A stretch of 64,000 nucleotides of DNA from Alphaproteobacteria bacterium. GTDB taxonomy: Bacteria > Pseudomonadota > Alphaproteobacteria > MPNO01 > UBA830. Of the stretch, positions 10,831 to 20,137 are shown one piece after another. Every line of letters starts with the position of its first letter. Positions within the stretch are counted from its first letter, which is position 1. The notes below the pieces were generated by a model that ran no database searches, was not told the origin of the DNA, and saw only the letters and a program-made list of their open reading frames with translations. The position numbers and the translations under genes are program-made. The stretch spans positions 1,504,001-1,568,000 of the forward strand of contig OZ219790.1 of the NCBI GenBank assembly GCA_964291215.2. The letters run 5' to 3'.

Positions 10831-11450
10831 GAAGCTGGCCCAACGGCCTCGACGGCCGGCTTATCGTCCACGTACGCAACTCGTTCAGACTGCTGCGCGA
10901 TGGCTGTGGCGATCCGCTCCGCCCGCGTAGCATAGAGATCCTCGCGATGGAGCCGATGCAAGTCGAGCAGGCGGTCCATGGCCTCGTCGTGCGTTTCCAT
11001 TCGACCGTCCGCGTGAATATGCACGACATTGACGCCCTGCTCGTGCAGAGCCGGAGATACCAGGAGCGTCCGGTGGCAGTCGAGTGGCTCCTTCTCCGCG
11101 CAGATCAGTGCGATTCGGTATTTGACGGCACCGCGAACGACGCGGGCCAGCCCGCTCCTGAACGATTCCGTTGTAGCGATACGGTCGTAGCAGACCTGTC
11201 CATCCTCGTAGCAGGCGGGGTCTTCGGACCGGCCTCCGAGCAAATTCCCGAGATACACGTACCGGATCCCTTCCATGCTCAGGGCTTCCGCAAATGTTTC
11301 ACGGTTGAACTGAGGATTGAATCGGCTATAGGGCTTGGAGCGGACATCGGCTACGGCAGTTACGCCGTGCATCTGCAACAGTACAACAAATGCCTTCAGC
11401 GTATGTGTCGAATGACCAATGGTGAACACGCTGTCGCAGACTGCGTTCAT
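10827..11450 (-). CDS. DUF488-family protein (long form)
   Basis: VFTIGHSTH, VADVRSKPYSRFNPQFNRE, YVYLG..LGGR, ALICAEKEPLDCHR; stop overlaps next start (ATGA). Confidence 0.92.
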   Translation of the reverse strand: MNAVCDSVFTIGHSTHTLKAFVVLLQMHGVTAVADVRSKPYSRFNPQFNRETFAEALSMEGIRYVYLGNLLGGRSEDPACYEDGQVCYDRIATTESFRSGLARVVRGAVKYRIALICAEKEPLDCHRTLLVSPALHEQGVNVVHIHADGRMETHDEAMDRLLDLHRLHREDLYATRAERIATAIAQQSERVAYVDDKPAVEAVGPAS

Positions 11451-11455
11451 TGGAC

Positions 11456-12142
11456 CTACCTGCGTTGTTCCTCAATGACTGAGGCGATGAGTTTGTAGAC
11501 GGCGCCACTGTAGGGTTCCGCGAGGCTGACGGTGAGAAAGCACTCGCCAACGGAGTAGGTTCCGTCCAGCTTTGCTAGATATTGCCGCTCGTATGTAGGA
11601 TCAGTGATCCACAGGCCGTATTCGATTCCCTCGTGATTGAAGCGCCCTTGGACACGCCGCTTCGTGTTTCCAAATGCTTCAGTAGGTTTAAATACCCAGA
11701 TTTGAAGATTGTCGACATGAACCAGCTTCAGAGAGCCCTCGACCGAATCTGCAATTTCCTCCGGAATCCTGTCGTTTTGCCCATTGTATGTGCTATAGCC
11801 ATCAAGCCATAGAGGACTTGGGGGATCCACGAACTTCGGCAAGTCAGACCACGACATCCTGCCTACCTTCTCCCAGTAGCACTCGGGATCGATCAGCCAG
11901 TTCTCGGCCTGGCAGCCCCGTGGACGCGGCCCCACCATCGGAATGTCGATCACATCAAGGACTCGCGGGTCGCTACCGTCCTCGTATTGACGCTCGTACT
12001 CCGATACCTCCTCATGCTCGCGATCGCTGACCGGTCGGATCCAGGGGCCAGCTTGGCCGTCGTTCCACTCCCGGCCGGCGACACACCGGCCGCGCAGTTT
12101 CCGGGAATTCGCGAGACAGACGATGCGCTTCAGGTTCTGCAT
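11456..12142 (-). CDS. Dual-OB-domain protein
   Basis: IVCLANSRK..GRCVAG, WIRPVS, QAENWLI, Y.L.ITDP, FLTVSLAEPY...YKLIASVI; 228 aa. Confidence 0.8.
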   Translation of the reverse strand: MQNLKRIVCLANSRKLRGRCVAGREWNDGQAGPWIRPVSDREHEEVSEYERQYEDGSDPRVLDVIDIPMVGPRPRGCQAENWLIDPECYWEKVGRMSWSDLPKFVDPPSPLWLDGYSTYNGQNDRIPEEIADSVEGSLKLVHVDNLQIWVFKPTEAFGNTKRRVQGRFNHEGIEYGLWITDPTYERQYLAKLDGTYSVGECFLTVSLAEPYSGAVYKLIASVIEEQRR

Positions 12143-12158
12143 CGAGTTCGCCGCCTCT

Positions 12159-13406
12159 TCATGTTGCAGTAAGCGCCTTCGCCGCCGGCATCACAAGCAG
12201 CAATTCGGTCTCATCGATCATGGTGTACTCGGGAAGGCGACCGGAAAGCTTCTCGCATTCGTCCCTGATAATAGGCACTCCGTCCCCGCGACGGTCCATC
12301 AGGCGCGAGCGTCCGATATTCGCTGGGGCCTGGCACTGCGCCAACAGGGACACAATAAGTTCATTCCTGCTGGACTGCCGGAGATGCATCGAGTCCGGGG
12401 CAAGCGTATTGGGCAGCGCCCCAGGGACATAGAGTTCGATGCGATCACCGAACATGTGCAATCGCACGCGCGCGCCTGCCAACGAGTAATCCCGGTGTGC
12501 GACCGCGTTCACCAGCGCTTCGAATGCAGCTCTCTCGCTGAACTGCGGTTGTTCGGTCCGCGCGGTTGATTTTGTCGCACGGACAAGCATGTTCCGTTGC
12601 ACGAAATGCAACACTTCCGTGACCTGTTCGTCGAGCGGCCCGCCAATGTCGCGCGTGTCCGTCTGATAATCGATGTCGGTGCGCTCCCCCGTGTAGCTGA
12701 CTGCCTGTATGTACGCATGTGGGAGCCATCTTTGAGGTTCGCGCGTGCACAAGAGAACCCCAGCCAGCGTAAGCCGCGAAACGCCTTGACCATCATCTGC
12801 AACCACGCGAAGCTTGCGTGCTAGCTCCTCGTCGACGCCTTCATCCACCAGCCCTTGCCGCAGGAAACGACGCGTCAGCGCGTAATCCAGATCGCTTGGT
12901 CTCGTACCGGGTACCACTGACTCATCGAAACGGATGATCCGGCTCTGGCTTCGTTGCTCAAACAGGCGCGCCAGAATTCCCGGAGCCATTTCACGCTTCG
13001 AACTACCCAAGCGACGAAAGTAGCCGCCAGGGCTTCGATGCACGAAGAGACTGCGTGAAATTTCGATGCAAATGACGGGAACATCCCTGTCGGACGTATC
13101 TGGCAAGCTCAGCTTGCAAATGTGAGCATCCAGCGCTGGCTCGACGGAATCGTTGCAGATCTCGCGAACCCAGCCTTCCACTGCGTCGAGGCTGTCGAGC
13201 GGTATGCCCATCACCGTTCGCGTCTTATCATCCACCCCAAGAACTACCGTGCCGCCCTTTGCGTTGGCGAAGGCTGCCAGCTCATCCGCGAAATCGTCTC
13301 GGCTCGGCGCCGCCACGCGACCTCCGGCCATCTCGATTCTCTTGAGTTCCAAGACCGAGTCCTCGCCGAGCCGAATACGCTTGACCAAGTCTTCAAACTG
13401 GTTCAC
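12159..13406 (-). CDS. AlbA_2/Schlafen N-terminal domain plus HATPase_c_4 ('RecG C-terminal'-like) protein
   Basis: GEDSVLELK, AFANAKGGTVVLGVDD, EALVNAVAHRDYS, DRIE...PGALP, RNELI, MDRRGDGV; GTG start; no C-terminal HTH seen. Confidence 0.9.
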   Translation of the reverse strand: MNQFEDLVKRIRLGEDSVLELKRIEMAGGRVAAPSRDDFADELAAFANAKGGTVVLGVDDKTRTVMGIPLDSLDAVEGWVREICNDSVEPALDAHICKLSLPDTSDRDVPVICIEISRSLFVHRSPGGYFRRLGSSKREMAPGILARLFEQRSQSRIIRFDESVVPGTRPSDLDYALTRRFLRQGLVDEGVDEELARKLRVVADDGQGVSRLTLAGVLLCTREPQRWLPHAYIQAVSYTGERTDIDYQTDTRDIGGPLDEQVTEVLHFVQRNMLVRATKSTARTEQPQFSERAAFEALVNAVAHRDYSLAGARVRLHMFGDRIELYVPGALPNTLAPDSMHLRQSSRNELIVSLLAQCQAPANIGRSRLMDRRGDGVPIIRDECEKLSGRLPEYTMIDETELLLVMPAAKALTAT

Positions 13407-13716
13407 GTTCGTGGTCTTTCGTCCAAGATTTTATGCGCCCGCTTTCGGCGTGCGACCATCCGCGAAGTTGCTACAACCTTATACCACAAGGTAGTTGAGA
13501 GTGCCGGCCGTCGCTTGTCCTTTCGGGGGCAGAACAGAGACCGCAGCCTCCTTCAGAAAATCCAAAAACGGCAGTTGCCTCGGGCATCGTAGGCAAAGAG
13601 GTTCCATGACCAAGTTGCCGACCGCATTGCCGATCCGTCCACGACAAGCACACCAGTTTGGAAGAAATTGGCAAAAGCGGATACATGAACAACCCCTCAT
13701 TCTCTTTTCTGGCGCC

Positions 13717-13732
13717 GTATCTACTCGCCCCT
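13717..13732. repeat. Solo IS66-type terminal repeat
   Basis: GTATCTACTCGCCCCT differs at one position from the IS66 end GTATCTACTCACCCCT at 27823. Confidence 0.55.
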
Positions 13733-14013
13733 ACTGATCACGAATCGTTTTTCCTGACGACGTTCGGATCAGGCATCTTCTCTTGCCACCTTCACTCGCT
13801 CGCTGCCGATGACCTATGCGGGCTCCGATTGGCAGGAACCGATCCGGTCTTCAGCCTCAGAGCTCCCTTTGCGGCCCGTAGGGACGGATCTGAAACGCGA
13901 TCTGCCAACCCCCGCGCCGACATCGCGTGTCGATCGTGCTGGCCGGTGGTGCATGTTCCGTTGGCTGCCTTTCCATTCCGCCGGAAATTTCCGTTTGACA
14001 CTATAGGAGGAAC

Positions 14014-14029
14014 GTATCTGCTCACCCCT
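14014..14029. repeat. Solo IS66-type terminal repeat abutting IS256
   Basis: GTATCTGCTCACCCCT matches the ends of the IS66 copies at 24457-25988 and 27823-29313. Confidence 0.6.
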
Positions 14030-14030
14030 C

Positions 14031-15075
14031 GATTACGCAACCTGATGTCTGGAAATTGTCGTGAAGCTGATCGAGCTGTTCCCATTTGATCTTGGTTTCG
14101 GTTTCCCATTTTTCGTCGATGAGGACTGCGGTTGAGAGGCGCTCCAACGAGGCGAGGTTCGGAAAGACCCTGACTTTGGAGGTGCGCCGCTTGAGTTCTT
14201 GCTGGATCGGTCGCTCGATGCCGTTCGAGGTTCACATACGTTTGCGGTGAGCATCGGGCAAGGTGAAGACATCGAGCCCCGCATTGTTTTCCAGCCAGGA
14301 AACCTGGACGCTTGTCGCGATAGCTGGCCACGAGGGCGCCCGGTTCAGCCTCGGCGGTTTGGAGTGAGGACGCATGGCTCCGAGCTGTTTTCCGATACGT
14401 TTCCTGATGTCGTTGTTCGGTGCACGGCGTTTTGTGCCAGGTGGAATTGGCAGCGCTGGCACCGCGCCGCTTTCAGCCCGGCATCCGAGACGATGAAGGT
14501 CGTACCATGCAGGCCACGGGCTTGCAAGCTTTCCAGGAAGGCCCTCCAATGGACCTCGGCCTCGGAGAGCGCCACAGAGAGCCCCGGAACGCGCCTGCAG
14601 CCCCTGTTCCGATGGCCGAGAGCACTGCAACATCGCGCACAACGCCGTCATGGCGGGCTTTTCCATAACGCGCATCCAGGTATTTCATCAGGGGCCGGTT
14701 GCGCGGCGAGTTCTTCGTCGAGCAACCTGGTGGCCCCCTGAGAAGAGGACAGGCTCCCGAACTCGCGCATTACATCCTGCCGTGTGGAAACACCCTTGAT
14801 GTACATCTCGGCTACGGCGCGAGAAGATCGCTGGCCGCGTTCAAGCGACTGGGGGGTCGTCCCCGTGACCGGCCGTCTTTGGCACCTGAACGGCAACAGC
14901 GGGGGTGTCGATCCGCTTGTAGCCGTTGGCATAGCCCTGTCGCTCCGGTGTCCGGTGGCCCGCTTTCAAGTACTGCTCGCGCTCGATTTGCATCGCAAGC
15001 TCGAAGAGCTGGCCAAAGACCCGCCCCGGATCCGTTGCTCCGTTTGCCACGGCGATCCCACGCCAGGTTTGTTGG
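14031..15075 (-). mobile_element. IS256-family transposase, degraded (left end probably displaced to about 19230-19257)
   Basis: Fragments LFELAMQIERE..L.A, GYANGYK, AEMYIKGVSTR, YLDARY.K.R.DGVVRD.AVL.AIG, SEAEVHWRAFLESLQARGL, QRCQFHLAQNA; end GATTACGCAACC at 14031. Confidence 0.85.
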
Positions 15076-16338
15076 AAGGGTCGGTTTCGCTTGTTCAGGA
15101 TGATTCGTATTTTCGCTGGCTTTTTGTGAAGCGGCGTAGTATCCGTTGTCGTGGGGGCAGCGGATTTTTTTGAGACGACTCCGGAGGGTTTTGAGCTCCG
15201 GGATGTGGTTGTGCGCCTTGCGCGGCCTGATGTCGCTGGAATCGTGTCGTTGACCGTATCTTGGTTTCAAGCAGTTTGCCGGTCGAGGTCTGCGCTACGT
15301 GTTCACCTGGCGCGGGCGGTGGATTGGTGCTGCGGGCTGGCAGACGGGCGCCCTCAGCTGCGCACCCGTTGGCTGGCGCCGCGAGGAACAGTTCAGGCGG
15401 TTGCCGGGAACAACACGAGGTTTGTTGTTTTTGGTGGTCGTTTCCGGGCCTTGCCTCGTTTGCGTTGTCGCGGATGGTGCGGCGGCGACCGGGAGGCTGC
15501 GTACGGCCATCCGTTGCTTGTTGCGGAGAAGTTTGTCTTGCCGACGAAGTTCAGCGGCACCATGTACAAGGCGGCGAACCGGGAGTGCGTTGGCGGGAGC
15601 CATGAGCGCGCCAGCGGGCGCCGACCGGGGAGGCGAAGGATCCTTACGTGTTTCCGCTGCGTTGTGACGCGGGATCGTTCGCCGCTTCCTGCGGCGTGGG
15701 AGTTGCGGGCGCCGCTGGTCGCGCAGGAGTTGCGCTCGATTTATCAGCGGCGCTTTCCGGCGCGGGGCACCGCATCGCCTCGGCACTGCGCGTGATGGCG
15801 CGGCTTGCGAACCGGCGCGGCGGCGCACTACGACGCAGAAGGAGCTGGAGCAGCGTGGAAGAACAGGGACAAGCCGGCCTCCACCGTGCACCGGGTGCTG
15901 CAGAACACCGACCCGGGATGGATCGAGGATGCGGCGCGCAGCCGCAGGTCGGCAACGCGGTCGACGGCAAGCGCGGCCGCACCGGCGAGGATCATTACGA
16001 GACGGTCTCGCTGGCCGGTATTCGATCCTCAACTGTCACGGCGGGGAGATCGCTGCCGTCCACGCCGCGCCGGCCGTCTGCTCACCCTCGATGCGCTCCA
16101 CACCACCCGCGAGGCTGACCATCGAGACCCATCGCGCGGACTGATGGTCAAGGGCAACGCACCTTCGAGAGAGCATCAACTGGAAGACCGCCAGCGCTAC
16201 AACGAAAAGCCCGCGCATGGCCGCCAGCGCACCATCTTCACCCCGCTGGCGAAGATGATCAACTATGTCAGGCAGATCTTCCGCGTCACCCGGCGCGTCG
16301 AATTCAGGAAATCCGGAAAACGCCATGACCTTATATGA

Positions 16339-17532
16339 CCCCCGTTCCATAGTGAAGTGCAACACATGATGGGCTGTGGCCATGTGTTTTTAGACGCATG
16401 ATGTTGCGGAGCTGTCCAGCAGCGGCGAAAGTTCCTGTACAAGATGGAGGGAGCTTGTTCATGTCCAAAGGCTACCGTCACCTACGAAGAGCGATGCCAG
16501 ATTGAGGCAGAAAAGCGGTCTTTCACAAGGTGCGATTGCTCGGCAGCTGGGCCGATCAACAATTTTCCGGGAGATCAAGCGCAACACCGGGGGACGGGGT
16601 TACCGTCACAAGCAGGCGCAAAGGATGGCAGAAACGCAGGGCCGCCTCGTCTGTTTCTTGGCGGTTGACGCCTCGGGCTGAAGCTCAGAAAAAGCTGCGG
16701 GAGGGCCCCGAGCAGATCAGCGGCCGTTTTCGACTGGAAGGCCGTGGGTCGGCAACGGATCCATGATCGCCGAAGATCGGAGAGCCGGGGGCGTCCTGTG
16801 GAAGAAGCTTCGGCGGCGCGGCAAGAAGCCGAACTGGAAGGGCGGATGCCATTCCGGCCGGGTGGACATTTCCGAGCGCCCTGCGGAGGCAAAGGAACGG
16901 ATCGGCGACTGGGAGCCATCATCGGCAAAGCTCACAGTGGAGCTGTCGTGTCGCTCGTGCCACGAAATACACCTTGCTGGGTGGACAGAAAGACACGGTC
17001 GGTATGAGCCGCCTGCTCGGCTCTGGTGCGCTATTGGTCCACACAATCACAACGGCAAGGAGTTCGCAGACCACAGGCGTGTCGCACTTGACGCAGACTT
17101 CTTCTTCGCCTTTCCATTCTTGGGAGCGCGGCTTGAATGAGCACACCAACGGCCTGGTGCGGGAGTACTTCCCGAAGGGCACGGACTTTCGCGCGACATG
17201 CAACGAAGATGTTCAGAAGGTGCGGCTCAACATTCGGAAAGTCCTGGGATCACCGACGGAGGTAATCTTGAAGTGAAACCGCCCTGACCATCTGCGCCAT
17301 GTTCCGAAGCCGCAACGTGCAGCAGGGTCCATGCCGCGCGACGGCGAAATAGTGGCTTGAAGCCGACAAAGGCGTTGCATAAGCTTGATGTTGAAGGAAC
17401 TGAAGCTGTTCCTAGGCGGAATCGAGAGGGGCAGAGGGGAAAAATTTGCGCAACACCCGGCCCTCATCTCCGTTCGGGCTACGCCCTCACTGCGATGAGG
17501 GCCGGGTGTTGCACTTCAGACTGGAAGTAAGG
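16339..17532 (+). mobile_element. IS30-family insertion sequence, frameshifted
   Basis: 27-bp imperfect IRs CCCCCGTTCCATAGTGAAGTGCAACAC / GTGTTGCACTTCAGACTGGAAGTAAGG; 3-bp TSD TGA (16336-16338, 17533-17535); TYEERCQIE, ISERPAEA..RIGDWE, NGKEFA, PFHSWERGLNEHTNGLVREYFPKGTDF. Confidence 0.92.
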
Positions 17533-17629
17533 TGACTAGGTTTTATCCCCTTGATGATGAAATCATCCACAGCAGTTGGGGGCGGGAAAATGTGGACAAC
17601 CCCGACTGTGGGAGAGCGTCCGGTCCATG

Positions 17630-17796
17630 GTTGCAGAGAGATTCCGCTCCCCTGAGCGAACACGCACAGGGGAGCAAACGATCTCCGCGGAGGTTGCCGT
17701 TTCGACCTTGACAGGGCCGTGTCCGAGTGTGGTCGGCCAACCTCCCTTGACGTCCCTCGCTGGATGCTTGAACCCGTATCATCACAAGGCGAGGAG
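17630..17796 (+). ncRNA. IS110 bridge RNA (5' stem-loop, target-binding loop, donor-binding loop)
   Basis: 5' hairpin GCTCCCCTG/CAGGGGAGC; target-loop stem GGAGGTTG (17689-17696)/CAACCTCC (17738-17745) enclosing TTTCGACCT and CCGAG; donor-loop stem CCTCGC/GCGAGG enclosing TGGATGCT and ACAAG; lies directly upstream of the recombinase ATG (17799). Confidence 0.8.
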
Positions 17797-17798
17797 CA

Positions 17799-18445
17799 AT
17801 GGTCAAGGTAGTAGCAGGAGTCAGCCAGTCTGGACATCTGGCGCATTGTTTTGCGAACGACGCCACGGGCTGGCGGGCAGGTGGCCTCGGGGTGAGCCGG
17901 GTGGTGGGCGACAGGCCGCTATCACCGCAAGGTTCACCAGTGTCTTCATGACCGGGGCTTCGAGGTTGTTCTCGTCAACCCGTTGCGGGCGCTTCGCCGA
18001 GGCGCCAACCGCGTCGACGCCAGGATCGGCACGGTGAGCCTGTGGCTCCTCAAGAGCCTAGAGGATCTCCTGGTGGCGCGCTTGTCGACGCCAGGCAGGT
18101 GAGGTGGATGACGAGACCGTCACAAGGGCCTCGGCGGCCGATCTCGATGATCGCCGGTGATCCCGAGCAGAGGTACGCCATCCTGACCTCGATCCGGTGA
18201 CCGCCGCGGCCCTTCCGGATGCCCGAACTCGGCAGCCTTGATCGGGGTGGCGCCGATGGCCACGGTGCCCGGCACATCCGTGGCGGGCAGGCCACGAGAT
18301 CTCCTGGCCGCAAGCTTCAACGCGGACCTGGTGCGCCTCAAGACCGCCGGCAAGCAAGGTCGCGATTGTCGCCGTGATGCGCAAGCTCTGGCGAACACCT
18401 TGCTGCGACAGCAGCGTTGCTTGTCGACCGAAGCACCGGTGAGTG
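17799..18445 (+). pseudogene. IS110 DEDD recombinase/transposase, heavily deleted (end approximate)
   Basis: RBS GAGGAG, MVKVVAGV..S, VVLVNP..RRFAEA, LIGVAPMA, FN......L..AGK, AVMRKL spread across frames. Confidence 0.75.
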
Positions 18446-18637
18446 AGCGAAGGAGACACGGCCCTGCCGAGAGCGCGACCGGGACTGTATCGACAGTCTC
18501 CCTACTACGACACGACTTGGGGAGAATGTCTGCAGATCATCGTCGAGGCCGACATCGAGGAGATCGAACCGCCTTGGGACACCTGGAACCCGGACGGTCA
18601 CGTGCCCGGGGACGGCAAGGTAGCCGCGTTCACGTGA
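18443..18637 (+). CDS. Small hypothetical passenger ORF in the IS110 right end
   Basis: 64-aa acidic/aromatic ORF (SPYYDTTWGECLQIIVEADIEEIEPPWDTWNPDG) between recombinase and right end; no recognised family. Confidence 0.35.
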   Translation: MSEGDTALPRARPGLYRQSPYYDTTWGECLQIIVEADIEEIEPPWDTWNPDGHVPGDGKVAAFT

Positions 18638-19360
18638 CCAATGGACGGCAACCCGCCGCCGGGACCACAAGCTTCATGCCGCCTCGCTCGCAGAGCAAAT
18701 CCCACACCGCTTGTGGACAACCACAGAAAACATCACCACAGACACCCGCAAAAACCTTGCCAGGAAACATGGATGCTCGGTCGAGCGCGCCTCGCCGCAA
18801 CAGTTGCTCGCATGGGATCGCGGACACTGGGTAGTCGAGAGCCATCATCATGTCCGCGACGCCACCTTCCGCGAAGACGACTCCATGCTCCGAACGCGCC
18901 CGCAAACAACGCGATCACCCTCGCAATCATCATCCACAACAAGCGCAGGCTGCGCAAACCCTTCAACAGCTTCCCACCATGCCGACAAGCGCAAGCAGGT
19001 CCTGCACGCAATCACAAGACCAGGCTGACCGCGCCTCTCTCCCCGACAGAAACCGCAAGCTTTCGAGCCCGGCAACCAAGGCCTCTCGCTCGCCCCGGAT
19101 ACGCCGACCAATCGCGCCCCGCGCCGCAACAGCGCGTCAGCAATCTCAAAATCGCAGCCTCGAACGCGTCGACCCGCGCCGCGATCAGGACTCCGATCAC
19201 GTCACATCAACAAGCATGGGATCACCTTGGTCCTGTCCGCGGGTCCGTTGCGTCTCCCCGGCACAGGAGATACGCTTTCCGGGAACGTTTCCGCCCGGGC
19301 CGCGAAGCGGACGGCGGGGACGGACGCCTGGCCGCGAAACGCGCCCGTGAGAGGAGCAGC

Positions 19361-20047
19361 ATGGTAGACGCCTTCGAGGACCATTGCTGGAAGGACATCG
19401 TTTCCGACGAGATCCTGAAAATCTACGAGCCCTACCGGCACGAGACCGCGGTCGGGGCGCGCCCGGCGCTGCTGGCGATCGATCTCTACAACCTGGTCTA
19501 TCAGGGCGGCGCCCGGGAACCGCACGACCTGGTCGGGACCTGGCCGAGCTCGTGCGGGCGCTACGCCTGGGAGGCGATGGAGCCGACGAAGCGGCTGTTC
19601 GCCGCCGCCCGCGCCGCCGGCCTGACGGTGCTCCACACCACGGCGCCAGCGTCGTCGCGCGTGGCCGCCACCAACCGCCAGGTCGGACTCGGCAGCAGCG
19701 ACGAGGATTACGGCATCTTTCACGAGTTCGCGCCCGAGGACGGCGATGTGCTCATCGTCAAGGAGCGGGCGAGCGGGTTCTACGGCACACCGCTTCTGCC
19801 CGAGCTTGCCCGGCGCGGCATCTTGAGCCTCATCGTCTGCGGCACCAGCACCTCGGGATGCGTGCGCGCATCGGTGGTCGACGCCTATTCGGCCGGCTTC
19901 CATGTTGCCATTGCCGAGGAATGCGTCTTCGACAGGTCGCCACTGTCGCACAAGGTCAACCTGTTCGACATGCACCGCAAATACGCCGACATGCTGCATA
20001 TCGACGAGATCCTGGAGCATCTCCTGGCGTCGAGACTTGCCGCGTGA
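19361..20047 (+). CDS. Isochorismatase/cysteine hydrolase family (N-carbamoylsarcosine or maleamate amidohydrolase-like)
   Basis: RBS GAGGAG, then MVDAFEDHCW; PALLAIDLY, KERASGFYGTPL, TSGCVRASVVDAYS (D-K-C triad). Confidence 0.9.
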   Translation: MVDAFEDHCWKDIVSDEILKIYEPYRHETAVGARPALLAIDLYNLVYQGGAREPHDLVGTWPSSCGRYAWEAMEPTKRLFAAARAAGLTVLHTTAPASSRVAATNRQVGLGSSDEDYGIFHEFAPEDGDVLIVKERASGFYGTPLLPELARRGILSLIVCGTSTSGCVRASVVDAYSAGFHVAIAEECVFDRSPLSHKVNLFDMHRKYADMLHIDEILEHLLASRLAA

Positions 20048-20137
20048 ACCGGACGCGGTGCCGCGCCCGCGAATGCCGGGCCGCCGCCGGCTCGGCGCCC
20101 GGACCGCTCCCGGCTCCGGATGGGAGGTGAGCGGCCG

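Larger units (their letters stand above)
16330..18777 (+). mobile_element. IS110-family (IS621-like) element with CT core; recombinase decayed; left end interrupted by IS30
   Basis: CT at 16330-16331 and 18776-18777; removal restores the ISAs1 frame GCC ATG ACC TCG GTC GAG (AMTSVERASP); right end TTGCCA...AACATGGATGCT; recombinase fragments MVKVVAGV, VVLVNP, GVAPMA, AGK...IVAVMRKL..NTLLR. Confidence 0.85.
15076..19228 (+). mobile_element. ISAs1-family element with N-terminal DUF4338 domain; degraded, split by IS110/IS30
   Basis: YLGFKQFAGRGLRYV..W.GRWIGAAGW, NNTRF, YGHPLLVAE.FV, F.GT.YKAAN; DGK, TLDALHT, VKGNAP, HGR; C-terminal GHWVVESHHHVRDATFREDDS at about 18820; imperfect IRs AAGGGTCGGTTTCGCTTGTT / AACAAGCATGGGATCACCTT (boundaries approximate). 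Confidence 0.78.

Noticed and set aside
9500-15650. Druantia anti-phage system (DruA hits)
   Set aside because: The DUF4338 domains lie inside IS ends, joined to transposases; no DruE helicase or other Dru genes are present
18641-19360. N-terminal extension of the isochorismatase ORF (468 aa in the track)
   Set aside because: Runs through IS110/ISAs1 sequence; start at 19361 is supported by an RBS and the paralogue at 63052
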